64,000 nt of DNA, taken from positions 32,984,001-33,048,000 of the forward strand of contig NC_092352.1 of NCBI RefSeq assembly GCF_963676685.1. The letters run 5' to 3'. The stretch comes from Mytilus edulis (lineage: Eukaryota). Each line of letters starts with the position of its first letter. Position 1 is the stretch's first letter. Shown in pieces: positions 27,701 through 38,575 of the stretch. A model generated the notes under the pieces. It saw only the letters and a list, made by a program, of their open reading frames with translations. It was not told where the DNA came from and made no database searches. A program made the position numbers and the translations under genes.

Positions 27701-28955
27701 ATTGTCCAAAATAAGGCAATTTATACATGTTGCTAGAAGTTGAAATGAATCTTTTTAAATGTTCAATAAATTAATTGTTATATTGCTTCGTTTTTATATC
27801 ATTCGACTGTTGACTTTGTCATTCTCCTCCTTTCATTCTTTCTTATACCACGGCATGACCATAACCATGGCATTTCCTAGAAACCTAAATCGGTTTTCAA
27901 ATTATATGCATGTTCTGCTAGTTTAATATGCCACTAGAACAGTTCAGAAGATGAAATCTGTTAAATGGGGTCTTTATATTATCAGATATATATATTAAAT
28001 AAAGAGGACAGAATTTAATACTTATGTAGATTATTTCTGGGACGGTTTTGAGGCTGTGTTTAAAATGTTTTTCGGTGTACAACTGCATGAATCATGTGTA
28101 TTTTCAAGCAGCATGATTGAGCATTGCCTGCAGACTAGAAAGTTTGGGCTAGGGCCAGGGAACCCGGCTCATTTTGATTTGTTATAGGGCTCAAAAGAGC
28201 CTTCAAGCATTTCAGAGCTCATTTACTCGACCATGCGGTTTCGGAGACTTAGTGGTTGTAACCTTAGGGCAACAGTAGTTTAACAATGTTCAAATAAATC
28301 CATAACCTAAAAGGGAAAAGACAGGGTACAACGTACGTACGACAGGATAAGAATATCCTAGTAGTAGTAGTACATGCACTAAATGGTTGAAAGAAGTAAA
28401 ATCACAAAAATACTGAACTCCGAGGAAAATTCAAAACGGAAAGTCCCTAATCAAATGTCAAATTTAAAAGCACAAACACTTCAAAAGAATGGATAACAAC
28501 ACAGATATTCAATAGATATTCAATGACCAGAAACTTCAATTATTAAAATACGTAGACAATCAATTCTAGTGTTGTTTTCAAACTTTTAATTACATAATTA
28601 AACGAAATTTTAATTGAAGTTTAATTAAAATTCCGTGAAACAATAGTGGTACATAGGTGTTACGTGAGATGAACAGCCTCGTCATGATGTCAGACTTCAG
28701 AGTAAATCGATGCAATATTAGGGTGGGAAGGGTGGGCACGTAACACCTATGTACCACTATTGTTTCACGGAATTTTAATTAAACTTCAATTAAAATTTCG
28801 TTTAATTATGTAATTCCATTTCACAAATATGGTACATAGCTGTCACGTGAGATGTTTAGAGATATTGCATCTATTTATCCGAAAATTACTAGAGATTATA
28901 ATCAGTAATAAATCTACAATAATAAAGTTCTCATACATTTATCTAATCAACATAT

Positions 28956-30071
28956 TTACATTGCATTACTGAGTATCGCATTACAGAAACTGGTGTCTAT
29001 TGTTACAGGTTTATTATAGAATTTCCGAAAAGTGCATTGATTTGTCCACCCTGCGGTGCGTAAAATTGTCGAAAGTGGTAAACCTTTACTACAAGCTTTA
29101 GAAACAGACGCTGATCTCACACTGTGAGGTTTAAATGCGGAGCAATCTATACCAGCTGCTATCATAACTGTTTTCATCCATCTGGATATAGTGTCTTTGC
29201 TTACACCTTTATACGGTGCTACATAACTTACAAAAAATTTCTTTTCTTTCCCGCGAAATTTTTCAGTCATTTTTATATATAATTTTAAACAAGTTACAAT
29301 ACACAAATTTGTATTTACAAATCTATCTAAAACAATTTCATTTAAATGTTTTCCTGGTTTAGTTTGCTTCAAAATGTCACCTATTCTTATCTTAACAATA
29401 TCATTCGAAAACTCTAAATTACGTATATCTAATAAATGAATAGACTGTAACCTTTGAGCTGTCAACAAAGACAATAAAGAAACACATTTCAAAGTAATTT
29501 GTTTTAACGTCAAACTGTTATTTTCTAACGTATCTAAATAATTAAGTAGATCGGACACGTTCCATGTAAAATTGTATCTTGGAAGTGAAGGTCTCAATTG
29601 GAATATTCCTCTCATAAATCGCTTGACCAAATTATGTTTGCCAATTGAATCGTGTCCATTAAGTGTCATAAATGAAGACAAAGCAGATCGCGCTGTATTA
29701 AGTCCACTATAACCTATCCCTGAATGGAAAAGTTTTGCTAAAAAATCTAAAACTAAATTTACAGTTGATGACATGGGATCAGCATGTTTTTCAATACAAA
29801 AACACACCCACTTTTTGATATAACTCCAATATTGTTGTTTTGTGGAGTCTCGCCATGAATGCATGATAATGTCGACAACTGATTTTGATAAACCTTGACT
29901 TTCAAATGATCCCCGGACAATTTGAACGCTGTCAGGTGAAGTTTGTTGAGGAGCGGATGAACTTTTGCTTTGTTGAACGAAAGTGTCACAAGTGATTTCT
30001 TCACTGGTAAAATTCTGGGACAATCCACAAGCAACTGTAGAATTTTTGGAAACCAAGGTTGAGTTGGCCAT
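28956..30071 (-). CDS. DIRS tyrosine recombinase
   Basis: SWRDSTKQQY, NTARSALS, LLTAQR, SKDTISRW, HSVRSAS, AGW...FRKFY (R-H-R-W-Y catalytic pattern). Confidence 0.93.
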   Translation of the reverse strand: MANSTLVSKNSTVACGLSQNFTSEEITCDTFVQQSKSSSAPQQTSPDSVQIVRGSFESQGLSKSVVDIIMHSWRDSTKQQYWSYIKKWVCFCIEKHADPMSSTVNLVLDFLAKLFHSGIGYSGLNTARSALSSFMTLNGHDSIGKHNLVKRFMRGIFQLRPSLPRYNFTWNVSDLLNYLDTLENNSLTLKQITLKCVSLLSLLTAQRLQSIHLLDIRNLEFSNDIVKIRIGDILKQTKPGKHLNEIVLDRFVNTNLCIVTCLKLYIKMTEKFRGKEKKFFVSYVAPYKGVSKDTISRWMKTVMIAAGIDCSAFKPHSVRSASVSKACSKGLPLSTILRTAGWTNQCTFRKFYNKPVTIDTSFCNAILSNAM

Positions 30072-31702
30072 AACGGGGCTATTACGATTGCATCTGCCTG
30101 ATCCTGTACAATCTTCCTCAATACTGCTCCTAGTATGCTGAAAGGAGGGAAAATATAATTAAAGTTTGTTCCCCAATTAAAAGTAAATGCATCAACAAGT
30201 TTTGCATTTGGATCTGGTCTATAAGAACAGTATGGCGTAACTTTGTAATTTAACCGTGAAGCAAATAAATCAATATCAGGGCTTCCAAATAATTGTTCAA
30301 TTTTTATATAAACTTCACTATCTAATTCCCATTCAGTGTCATCATTGCTATTACGCGATTCATAGTCAGCTTCGCAATTTTCACTCCCCGGTAAATGTGC
30401 AGCAGTTAACCAGATGTTTCTATTTATACACCATAACAAAATCTCCCTTGTCAAGTCATTGAGATTTTCTTTCATACCGCCCATTTTATTTATATACGTC
30501 ACAGCAGTTGTGTTATCTATCTGCGCGTGTATATGTACACATGACGCGTTGCTACAAAATGACTTCAGTGTTAAATACACAGCTAACAATTCTAGTTGAT
30601 TAATGTGATAAGAATTTTCTTCAGCCGACCATCTACCACCTGTAGATTGGCTCTCATAAACTCCGCCCCATCCCGTTAAAGACGCATCTGATCTAATTAT
30701 AATTTCGGGATTTCCAATACACACATATTTCTTGCAAATCTCTATATTATCGATCCACCAATTTATATCTTGCTTACACATTTCATTAAGACCGAATTTT
30801 GCGTCATAATTGCCTCGTTGTTTCCGTAACTGTTCGTTTTTAGTTATATGCAGTCTTTTGTGAAATAATTTTGCATACGGAACGCCGTATTCGCTTGCTA
30901 CCATTTTACCTATTAGTTCAGAAAATTCTCTGATAGAAACATATTCCTTGCGTAAAATTTGTTTACATAATTCCTTGAATTTTTGAGATTTTTCTTGAGT
31001 AAGACGCACTGACATTTCTCGTGAATTCAACACAAACCCAAGATGTTGAATTTCTTGTGTCGGAACGAAAACGGATTTATTTGGATGAATTGTAAGACCT
31101 AGTTTATCGAATAAAGTAACTGTGTCATTAATGTTATTAATGCAATCCTCATAAGATTGTCCAATTAAAAGAGAATCATCGATATAGGCTGAATTGCAAT
31201 GACCTTTCTTCCGTAATTCAGAAAACACACATTTCATTATCTTTGTAAAAACACGTGGGCAAGTACTTAGACCTTGAGCTAAACATGTAAATTGATATAA
31301 TTCCCCATTCCATGTGAATCGGAGAAATTTTCGATCAGACTCTCTGACTGAAATACTAAAAAATGCATCCTTCAAGTCTATACTACCAAAATAACAATTA
31401 CGGTTCATTAAATTAATTGCAGTGCCTAAACTATCCATCTTAAAATGATAATTCTCTATATATTCATTTAAAGATTTTAAATTTAAAATCACTCGATGTG
31501 TTCCATCTTTTTTAGGTCGTGTGAAAATATGTGTCACAAACTGATTCTTGCATGGTATAGCTTTTTGGATAATGCCTTTCTTTAAAAAAGTGCTCACTTC
31601 TAAAGTTATGGAAGTTTTTTCATCTTCATTAAACGAAGGATTATTACAACTGTTACGACTGGGCGGTAAAGTGTGAAATTGTAACCGATAACCAGTCAAC
31701 AT
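29759..31702 (-). CDS. DIRS reverse transcriptase / RNase H / adenine-methyltransferase-like polyprotein (frame stays open further upstream toward ~31850)
   Basis: DLKDAFF, QGLSTCPRVFTK, YIDD (RT); SDASLTGWG, HINQLEL, DNTTAV (RNase H); DLFAS and FPPF, PLWPTQPWF (MT-like domain). Confidence 0.95.
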   Translation of the reverse strand: MLTGYRLQFHTLPPSRNSCNNPSFNEDEKTSITLEVSTFLKKGIIQKAIPCKNQFVTHIFTRPKKDGTHRVILNLKSLNEYIENYHFKMDSLGTAINLMNRNCYFGSIDLKDAFFSISVRESDRKFLRFTWNGELYQFTCLAQGLSTCPRVFTKIMKCVFSELRKKGHCNSAYIDDSLLIGQSYEDCINNINDTVTLFDKLGLTIHPNKSVFVPTQEIQHLGFVLNSREMSVRLTQEKSQKFKELCKQILRKEYVSIREFSELIGKMVASEYGVPYAKLFHKRLHITKNEQLRKQRGNYDAKFGLNEMCKQDINWWIDNIEICKKYVCIGNPEIIIRSDASLTGWGGVYESQSTGGRWSAEENSYHINQLELLAVYLTLKSFCSNASCVHIHAQIDNTTAVTYINKMGGMKENLNDLTREILLWCINRNIWLTAAHLPGSENCEADYESRNSNDDTEWELDSEVYIKIEQLFGSPDIDLFASRLNYKVTPYCSYRPDPNAKLVDAFTFNWGTNFNYIFPPFSILGAVLRKIVQDQADAIVIAPLWPTQPWFPKILQLLVDCPRILPVKKSLVTLSFNKAKVHPLLNKLHLTAFKLSGDHLKVKVYQNQLSTLSCIHGETPQNNNIGVISKSGCVFVLKNMLIPCHQL

Positions 31703-31854
31703 TTCTAGAATTGATGTATCACTTGTTATTGATCTCCAACTTTCAAGATTGTTTTTTACTTTCCCAGCTCTAAAGTTTTCAGGAGTATTAACAAGATTTG
31801 AAAATTCACATTTACTTTTGTTATCTAATTGTTTAATCTGACTAACCTGTGGAC

Positions 31855-33101
31855 TTATCGATTGTTTGGTTTGTTGAACTGTCTCCCCCCTCTTCCTCGT
31901 TTGTTCGGGAAGGAGTTTCGCTGGTCTAAAAAACGACTTTTGCCATTCCCAGTTTTATTGTTATTATACCCTTCAGAAGAATTACGATGATAGTTATATC
32001 CACTTGTTGATGGTTTCTCGGTAAATCCGGTATTAAATCCCGTTACAGATATTTTCTTTGATTTTTGAATATCTTCAATTTTCTTCTGCAAATCATCCCC
32101 AAACAATTTATCAGATACGGAATTGTTTGTATAAGTAAGTTTCTTAAACTTTCCAATCATAATTGGTTTGAAATTTTTCTTTCCTATATTGGTTTAGTTG
32201 AGTATAAGAAGCCGCGAACATTCGGATGCCATCTGTCATTTTTCTAAGGTTTTTTGTTGGCTCAAATGTATTCTTCTTCAAAGCAGCTTTCAAGATGTCA
32301 TTTGTCGTTTCTATTGCCGGAATCATTCCCTTAATGACATACCCCATGATTTTTTGTAATTTTAGATCACGTGATCTTATTGCGTTGATCATAGAGTGTT
32401 TTTCTCCCCAAACTTCTTCATTTACTGAAGGGATCATAAGGTTTTGACAGTTTTCTGGTCTTTTGTACTTCGATTTAATTTCTTTGAATTTAGAATCTGG
32501 GATTTTAGATCTTAGAGAAGTATTGACTGATTTTGCTAAGCTTTCTTCAATAGCCGCACTAGTTTCCTCAGAATCATTATAAAATTCGCTCATTTCATCC
32601 ATTAATTCATTGACCTCGTTAAGATCCTCGTCATCAGTGACGTTATCTGATTTATCAAGGTTGTCGGTCTCAGCATTTTCAAAACTACACATAAGTTTAT
32701 CTAGGTCATCAACAGACTCTGTGTCATGCTGGGAATCATCTGCAACTTTTAAGTGTTTATTTGAAATGTTAGATTCCCCGTCATCACAATGGGATCTTTT
32801 TGTTCTACTTGCACTATCGTGTGGTGCTATTGTGTATTTATTTGCACTGTCCGACACATCATCGGATTTAGAACCTAAATGTTCTGTTAGTTTTTGCATA
32901 TATTTCATCTGCTTGTATTGTAAACGTATTAAAGTGTCAATCGACATCGATGACATATCGTCGTCATCATCAGATTCAGATTCATGGGTTTGAGAATCCC
33001 TAAAGTCTTTGGGTATTCTATTATCATCTACACCCTTTCCAGATTGCTGGCTAGTGTTAGGGTTATGGTCATCATCAGATAAGTCTAGTGTCCCACTTTC
33101 T
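31855..33101 (-). pseudogene. DIRS gag-like ORF, 5'-truncated, one frameshift
   Basis: KYKRPENC..L.IPSVNEEVW, DLKLQKI, LFGDDL and an RG-rich C-terminus. ORFs 32144-32956 and 31855-32160 join by removing one base from a 5-nt run near 32175. The frame is open without ATG up to ~33101. Confidence 0.8.
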
Positions 33102-33964
33102 CAGATTCTTCTCAGTCTTTCAAATATGGTATGTGTCAACTCCATATAGAAATAGCATTTGCTTCAGAGGCTTTTCCATCCTGGTATCTAGACTATGATG
33201 ATTTTACGACAAAATTAAATCCTGGTATATATCTATGATGATTTTATTTATTTTCAACCACTGGGTTAGTCTCGATCATCCAGCCGCTTTATTTTTCAAA
33301 GTAGAGCGTCTGGATGACAAGTGATATAAAAATGGTAATTTATGACATTCGGAATAGTATCGGCTTTTTTAGCTTGTTGTCAAAGATAATGTCCAAGACG
33401 AATAACCAAGAAGTTGGTTATTGACTTCGGAAGAAATGACATTACGATAATATTATTGAAAAGCCCGAGTGTACCGATTGTTGTTTAAAGCTATTTATAT
33501 ATTTTTGTGACGACATACAATTCATGGAAAACACCATACAGCATGGCTTACATGGAACTGGAGGCGAAGTAAAAACCAGCACATCCAACCTTGGTAAGAT
33601 GTTATAACAACACACACTGTAACATAAATTGCAAGTAGTAGTTATATTCTTTCATGCATGTCCGTGCAACGAAAACGAGTTTATAATTATACAATAAATG
33701 TCAATTGTTATGTTGACTGGGACCACTCGATCAGTCGTATACGTTATAAATACATTTTGGGTTGATGTGTAGTATCGTTAACTTTAATATGAGGCAGGCA
33801 AAACCTGTGAATGGGACGTAGTCGGCAAACCAGTTTACTTGGTAGCTGTGAACACCCGAAAATTAAAATTATGGCTACAGACTATCTTTTGCAAACAATC
33901 TTAAGATATTTTCTGCATGTGTCACAGTGTGTGCATAAATTATAATTATTTTTTACTTTTATGT

Positions 33965-34735
33965 AGTCAGGGGACTTACTTAAACAAGTGATTTTCTAAA
34001 TCACTGATTCAAGTAACATTATTTCCATAAAGGTTGGAAGTTAGAGTTGTCTTTCTTTAATAATCACCTATTTAAGTAGTACAAATTAATCACTAGAAGA
34101 AGTGATTTAATATTAGTGTAGCTTTAAATATAGAATACTAATGATCCAGGGACTAATTATGTTTCTAAACTTATCAGAACCAACATCTGTGTTGTCTAGG
34201 ATGACCAGGTCATTTCAGGTGATGACCTTGTACTGAATCTAGGATAATGACATAAAAATCACTTGTTTAAGTATCAGACCTCAATTTATTTCCCAAAAAT
34301 CACTTCTTTAAGTATCATTCTTTTAATAACCCCCACTAATTTCAACACCCCCGAACAGTGAAATTTTTATCGCGAACAGTAGAATTTTATTACATAATCT
34401 GAAAGATGAAACCTTGAACTTCACAGGAAAAATACTCCCACTGCTGTGAAAAATCTTTTAAGAAAGTATCAGTTCATTATGTAAAGCCATTATTATAGCA
34501 TTTTTTCAACTAAAATAAAATTTTCAGGTAAATGATAGCATTAAAGGCATAAACCTTGCTACTTAAAAGAAGCAAAAAGTTTATATTTTTTTATTTTACT
34601 AATTAAAAGATGTTATTTAAACCTATGTGTTTAAAATTTTGAAAAAACTACAAAATCCCAATTTGTGACAAAACCTCGAATTTGCTACTCAAATAAGTGA
34701 TTTAAAAATCACTTATTTCAGTAAGTCCCCTGACT
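33965..34735. mobile_element. MITE / non-autonomous TIR element
   Basis: ~40-bp imperfect TIRs agtcaggggacttact..aagtgattt / aaatcactt..agtaagtcccctgact, with internal aaatcactt motifs. Confidence 0.75.
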
Positions 34736-36739
34736 GGTGATATACATACATGTAAAAAAATGTAACTTACATTTGTTATTGATCCAAGTTGTTACCATGT
34801 ATATAAATCAGGTATAATCATGCAGATATTTCAGCATTCCAACGTGTGTGTGCAACTTTCATATGTAGTTAGTTCCCTGTTGATATACACAAAATAGAAA
34901 AGTTATTTCCTTTACTCAAATTGAAATATGTTTAAAAAGGAATGTCTCCTCATTGTAAATACAATCAAACAGGCCAATGACTTTAATAAAAGAATACCTA
35001 TGACACATTTATTTAACTAAAACTTAATAATACCCTATTGATTTTATTGATAATCAAATAATCATGATTAACAGTTTTATAACAAACAATTTTCACTGTT
35101 AAATTCGGCAATATAAATTCAGTTTGGAAAATATAAAAAACTTAAGTTATAATGGTTTCACCTTCAAAGTATATAACTTTCTGTTACCTTCTTGAGTATA
35201 AGACTTATTTACTGTTGTAAATGCACATGCAGAAAATAAAAACTTCAAAGACAATGAACAGATGAAAGAACAACAACATGTACAATTGCAAAGATTTAAG
35301 AACAAGCATACATTTCTCAATACAACAATCAACAGTCAACAAATTGTGTCTTACTCAGAGTGGACTGTAATTTCTTCGTTATACATGTACATAAACTTGA
35401 TCTGACATGGTTCATGATATTGTCACTGGTTGTACTGTCCTTTTGGAAACCCTTGGGCCTTATTTAACAAGGGGATTTACTTGAAATATTTTATAGTTTA
35501 TAGAACTTTTAAGAGGTGCACTACATTGTTGTGTATATATATATATATATATACCTTTAGATAGAAATCAATCTGCATGCAAAGTGCAGACATATAGGCA
35601 GCATTATAAATGAGCATTATGATTATTGCATAAAAGTAAAAAAAATTATTAGGAAATTATATAAATTTAACTTTACTATATGATGCTTTGGTAAAATTGG
35701 GCTAGTATGTTAAGTTTGATTGTGAACATTGGATAGTTGTTTAATTGGCAATCATACCACATCTTTTTATTTTTATAATGATATTAAGGTAACTTCTTTA
35801 TAATCTTCCAATGGTACAGAGTAATCTTACTATAATGTAAAAATGTATCATTGAAGTCAACAATTGTTTTAAATTTAATGTCTAACTCTTTACTCTTTAG
35901 CGAATGTTTAGTACATGTATGTATTGATGAAACAAATTAGTCATATGAACAGTACTAATTAATTAACTTAAAAAAAATAACAGCTTTCCATTTCTGATTA
36001 ATGCAAGTCATAAATAAGTTTACTGTATGTATAAAATTCATGTGAGAAAAAAATAATTTAAAGGTCAATTTTCTTTGTATACTTGTAAATAAACATTAAT
36101 CATTTGTTAATAGATATATATGACATATAAAATAGATGTGTACTTTGTTTACTAAATAAAGTTCATGGTACAATATATGTTCACTCAATGTTACAAATTT
36201 GTTTTATAGTAAGATTTTGCAACCCGCTAGAAACTAGTATGTCACCTGCAGGGTTACAATAGGTATATTTTAAAGAGAACAGCCAATAAATGTATTAATT
36301 GTACAATAAAGGTACACGACCAATGACTGTATAAAGTATACAATAAAAGTACCAGCTAGAGATTGGTATATCCCCTGCATGGTGATTGGGACATGATAAT
36401 AAAAAAATAAAAGTAAAACTTTAGGCAATACATGTACATATGTATTTCATCGTATTTCTCAATCCATACAGCATGACCTTATACAAAATATTTAAAGATA
36501 ATTTCAACCAGTCAAATATAAATATTATAATCATGTAAATCTTTGATATTTTATAAAATAAGCAGGTTTATTTTTTAATCTATTTTTGATATTCATTTAT
36601 AAGGACAAAATTATAATTCCACTTTGTAATCCATATATAAATGAAATGATTTTTATTAATTTCAATATTTATATAAATGCTGATCAAGAAGTATAATAAA
36701 AATATATTTGTGAAAATGTAGACACCAAGCTACCTTTAA

Positions 36740-37336
36740 GGTGGTATAGGAGTCTAAAATAAAAATGATAGAATTTGTTCATACTTTGCCAAACCGTATT
36801 TTCTATTGATACATTTTGAAAAATATAATAGAAATGATAGGTCACCGCGCATTTTCTCAAGCTACAGGACGGAACAAAATGACACATTTTGTATGGATTA
36901 TACAGGAAAAAACACCATTTTGTGATTAGAAACTAAACAAAATGATAGAATTGTTAAATACTTCAGGAAAAGATAGCTTTCAGACACTGCTTTGAGAATA
37001 TCAAAAGTAAAGATAAGGTCACCGTACGTTTTTTCCGGCTAAATTACAAAATAGGAAAATTCCATGTAGAATCCTTCAGAAAAAGCACTGTATTAGAGTT
37101 ATCTCCCCTTAAAATGCCAATGTAAAAAAAATTAAAAACAACCAAAAATAATTAACATAAATTTGCAAAAATATCAATATTTATAAGTTATTTTCTTATT
37201 AATTGGTTCTCATAAATGAAAATTCACATTAGATAACCTGCATTCCTGTATCAAATTTTGCTAACAAGATGGAAAATCTGGACCTTTGGTTCTCTTTTTT
37301 TTACAATCCAAGTTGGAGGAAGACACCCATACCACC
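36740..37336. mobile_element. Kolobok-like MITE
   Basis: TTAA|ggtggtataggagtct ... agacacccataccacc|TTAA. Confidence 0.75.
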
Positions 37337-37354
37337 TTAATTCCTATAAAAAAA

Positions 37355-38077
37355 TTATTGTTTTAAAATTTCATGCTGTATGGAGGTACACATATTTGTG
37401 TACCACTCTTCATATAACTCCTCTGTAGGATGTACTCCATCATACAGATTTTGATAGTTGTAACGGTAATATTTTTTGTTTCTTCTGATTTTCATTTTGA
37501 TCATTGTTTTGTCCCATCTAATGTTTGAAACCCCCCCATCTTTATTTAAATCCATAATTTCCTGGTTGATGTAATCAACATCCAATTCCAGCTCTTTTTG
37601 CATTTTGTCAATTTCTACATCAGAAAATATGCTTTGCCTCAGCCTATACTGCTGTTTTTTGAATTGATACCTGTTTAAGTTGAAATCCCTATATTTGTTT
37701 ATGCAGGCTGGGACAATTGACACAAATTGAACAGGTATATTATTTACTAATAAATGTGCTTGAATACTTCTCAACTCTGAGACAATATTAACAACATTGC
37801 TGTTGTCTCTTATATACCTTAACTCTGTACCATTTTCATGGCTGACCTTTTCTGTAAGGTTACACAGTCCTGCTGCTAATACAACCCTTATATTTTTATG
37901 ATCAATAGATACAATTTCATCTTTTATACCTTCATAAATTTGACCTATTGTCCCCCCTGGTCTCACAAGTACATGGGTATTGAAATGTGTCCCAAAGCAC
38001 ATGTTGCGCTCTATATAATCATATAAACGCGACCCCCTGGAAGTACAACCAAAAACTATGTGTCCAAGTGCACTCAT
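37355..38077 (-). CDS. SGNH/GDSL-hydrolase-like protein (240 aa)
   Basis: Block I-like VFGCTSRG, block II-like RPGG, block III AAGLCNL, block V YDGVHP. Intact single-exon ORF with a splice acceptor (ttacag) ending 11 nt upstream of the ATG. Confidence 0.75.
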   Translation of the reverse strand: MSALGHIVFGCTSRGSRLYDYIERNMCFGTHFNTHVLVRPGGTIGQIYEGIKDEIVSIDHKNIRVVLAAGLCNLTEKVSHENGTELRYIRDNSNVVNIVSELRSIQAHLLVNNIPVQFVSIVPACINKYRDFNLNRYQFKKQQYRLRQSIFSDVEIDKMQKELELDVDYINQEIMDLNKDGGVSNIRWDKTMIKMKIRRNKKYYRYNYQNLYDGVHPTEELYEEWYTNMCTSIQHEILKQ

Positions 38078-38191
38078 ATTTTAAAACCTGTAACAAATTA
38101 TAATAAATCATAACTAATACTGAAATGAAATAAAAGTTACAATAGTATATATATATGTTTACTCAAGCATTATTTTACTGTGTAATCATTA

Positions 38192-38373
38192 GGCAGCAAC
38201 CATTTGATTTTCAGGGGGGGGCTATGGTTTGTTTTCAGGTTTTGGTGAAAAAAATAATTTGTTTTGGAACCTGATAAAAAAATAGATTGTCCTTCGCCGA
38301 AGGCGAAAAGAAAAGTTTGCACTGTCAGAAAAAAAAACATAGCCCCCCCCCAGAAAATCAAATGGTTGCTGCC
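38192..38373. mobile_element. PIF/Harbinger-like MITE
   Basis: TTA|ggcagcaaccatttgattttc..gggggggctatg ... catagcccccccc..gaaaatcaaatggttgctgcc|TTA. Confidence 0.8.
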
Positions 38374-38575
38374 TTAGCCATCTCAAGCTACTAAGCTGAA
38401 GTGATTCATCTTAGTTGAGAAGATTCAGAACATTTGTGTAAGCCAAGGCTACATTTTGAAGGCTAAATACTTTGACCTAAAATGGTTAACTTTTACAAAT
38501 TCTGACTTGGATGAATGGTTGTGTCATTGGCACTCATACCATATCCTATATCTATATAGTATGACAAAAAAATAC

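Larger units (their letters stand above)
28588..33101 (-). mobile_element. DIRS1-like tyrosine-recombinase retrotransposon, 5'-truncated
   Basis: gag, RT/RNaseH/MT and overlapping YR ORFs in DIRS1 order. 3' terminus pairs with an internal complementary region (79-bp perfect inverted repeat 28588-28666 / 28737-28815). No matching left ITR found. Confidence 0.92.

Noticed and set aside
28588-28815. Long hairpin as a miRNA/ncRNA gene or stand-alone MITE
   Set aside because: Explained by the DIRS terminus and ICR pairing.
33400-33445. TKKLVIDFGRN resembling a LINE RT C-terminal motif
   Set aside because: Too short, with no flanking RT motifs; cannot be distinguished from chance.
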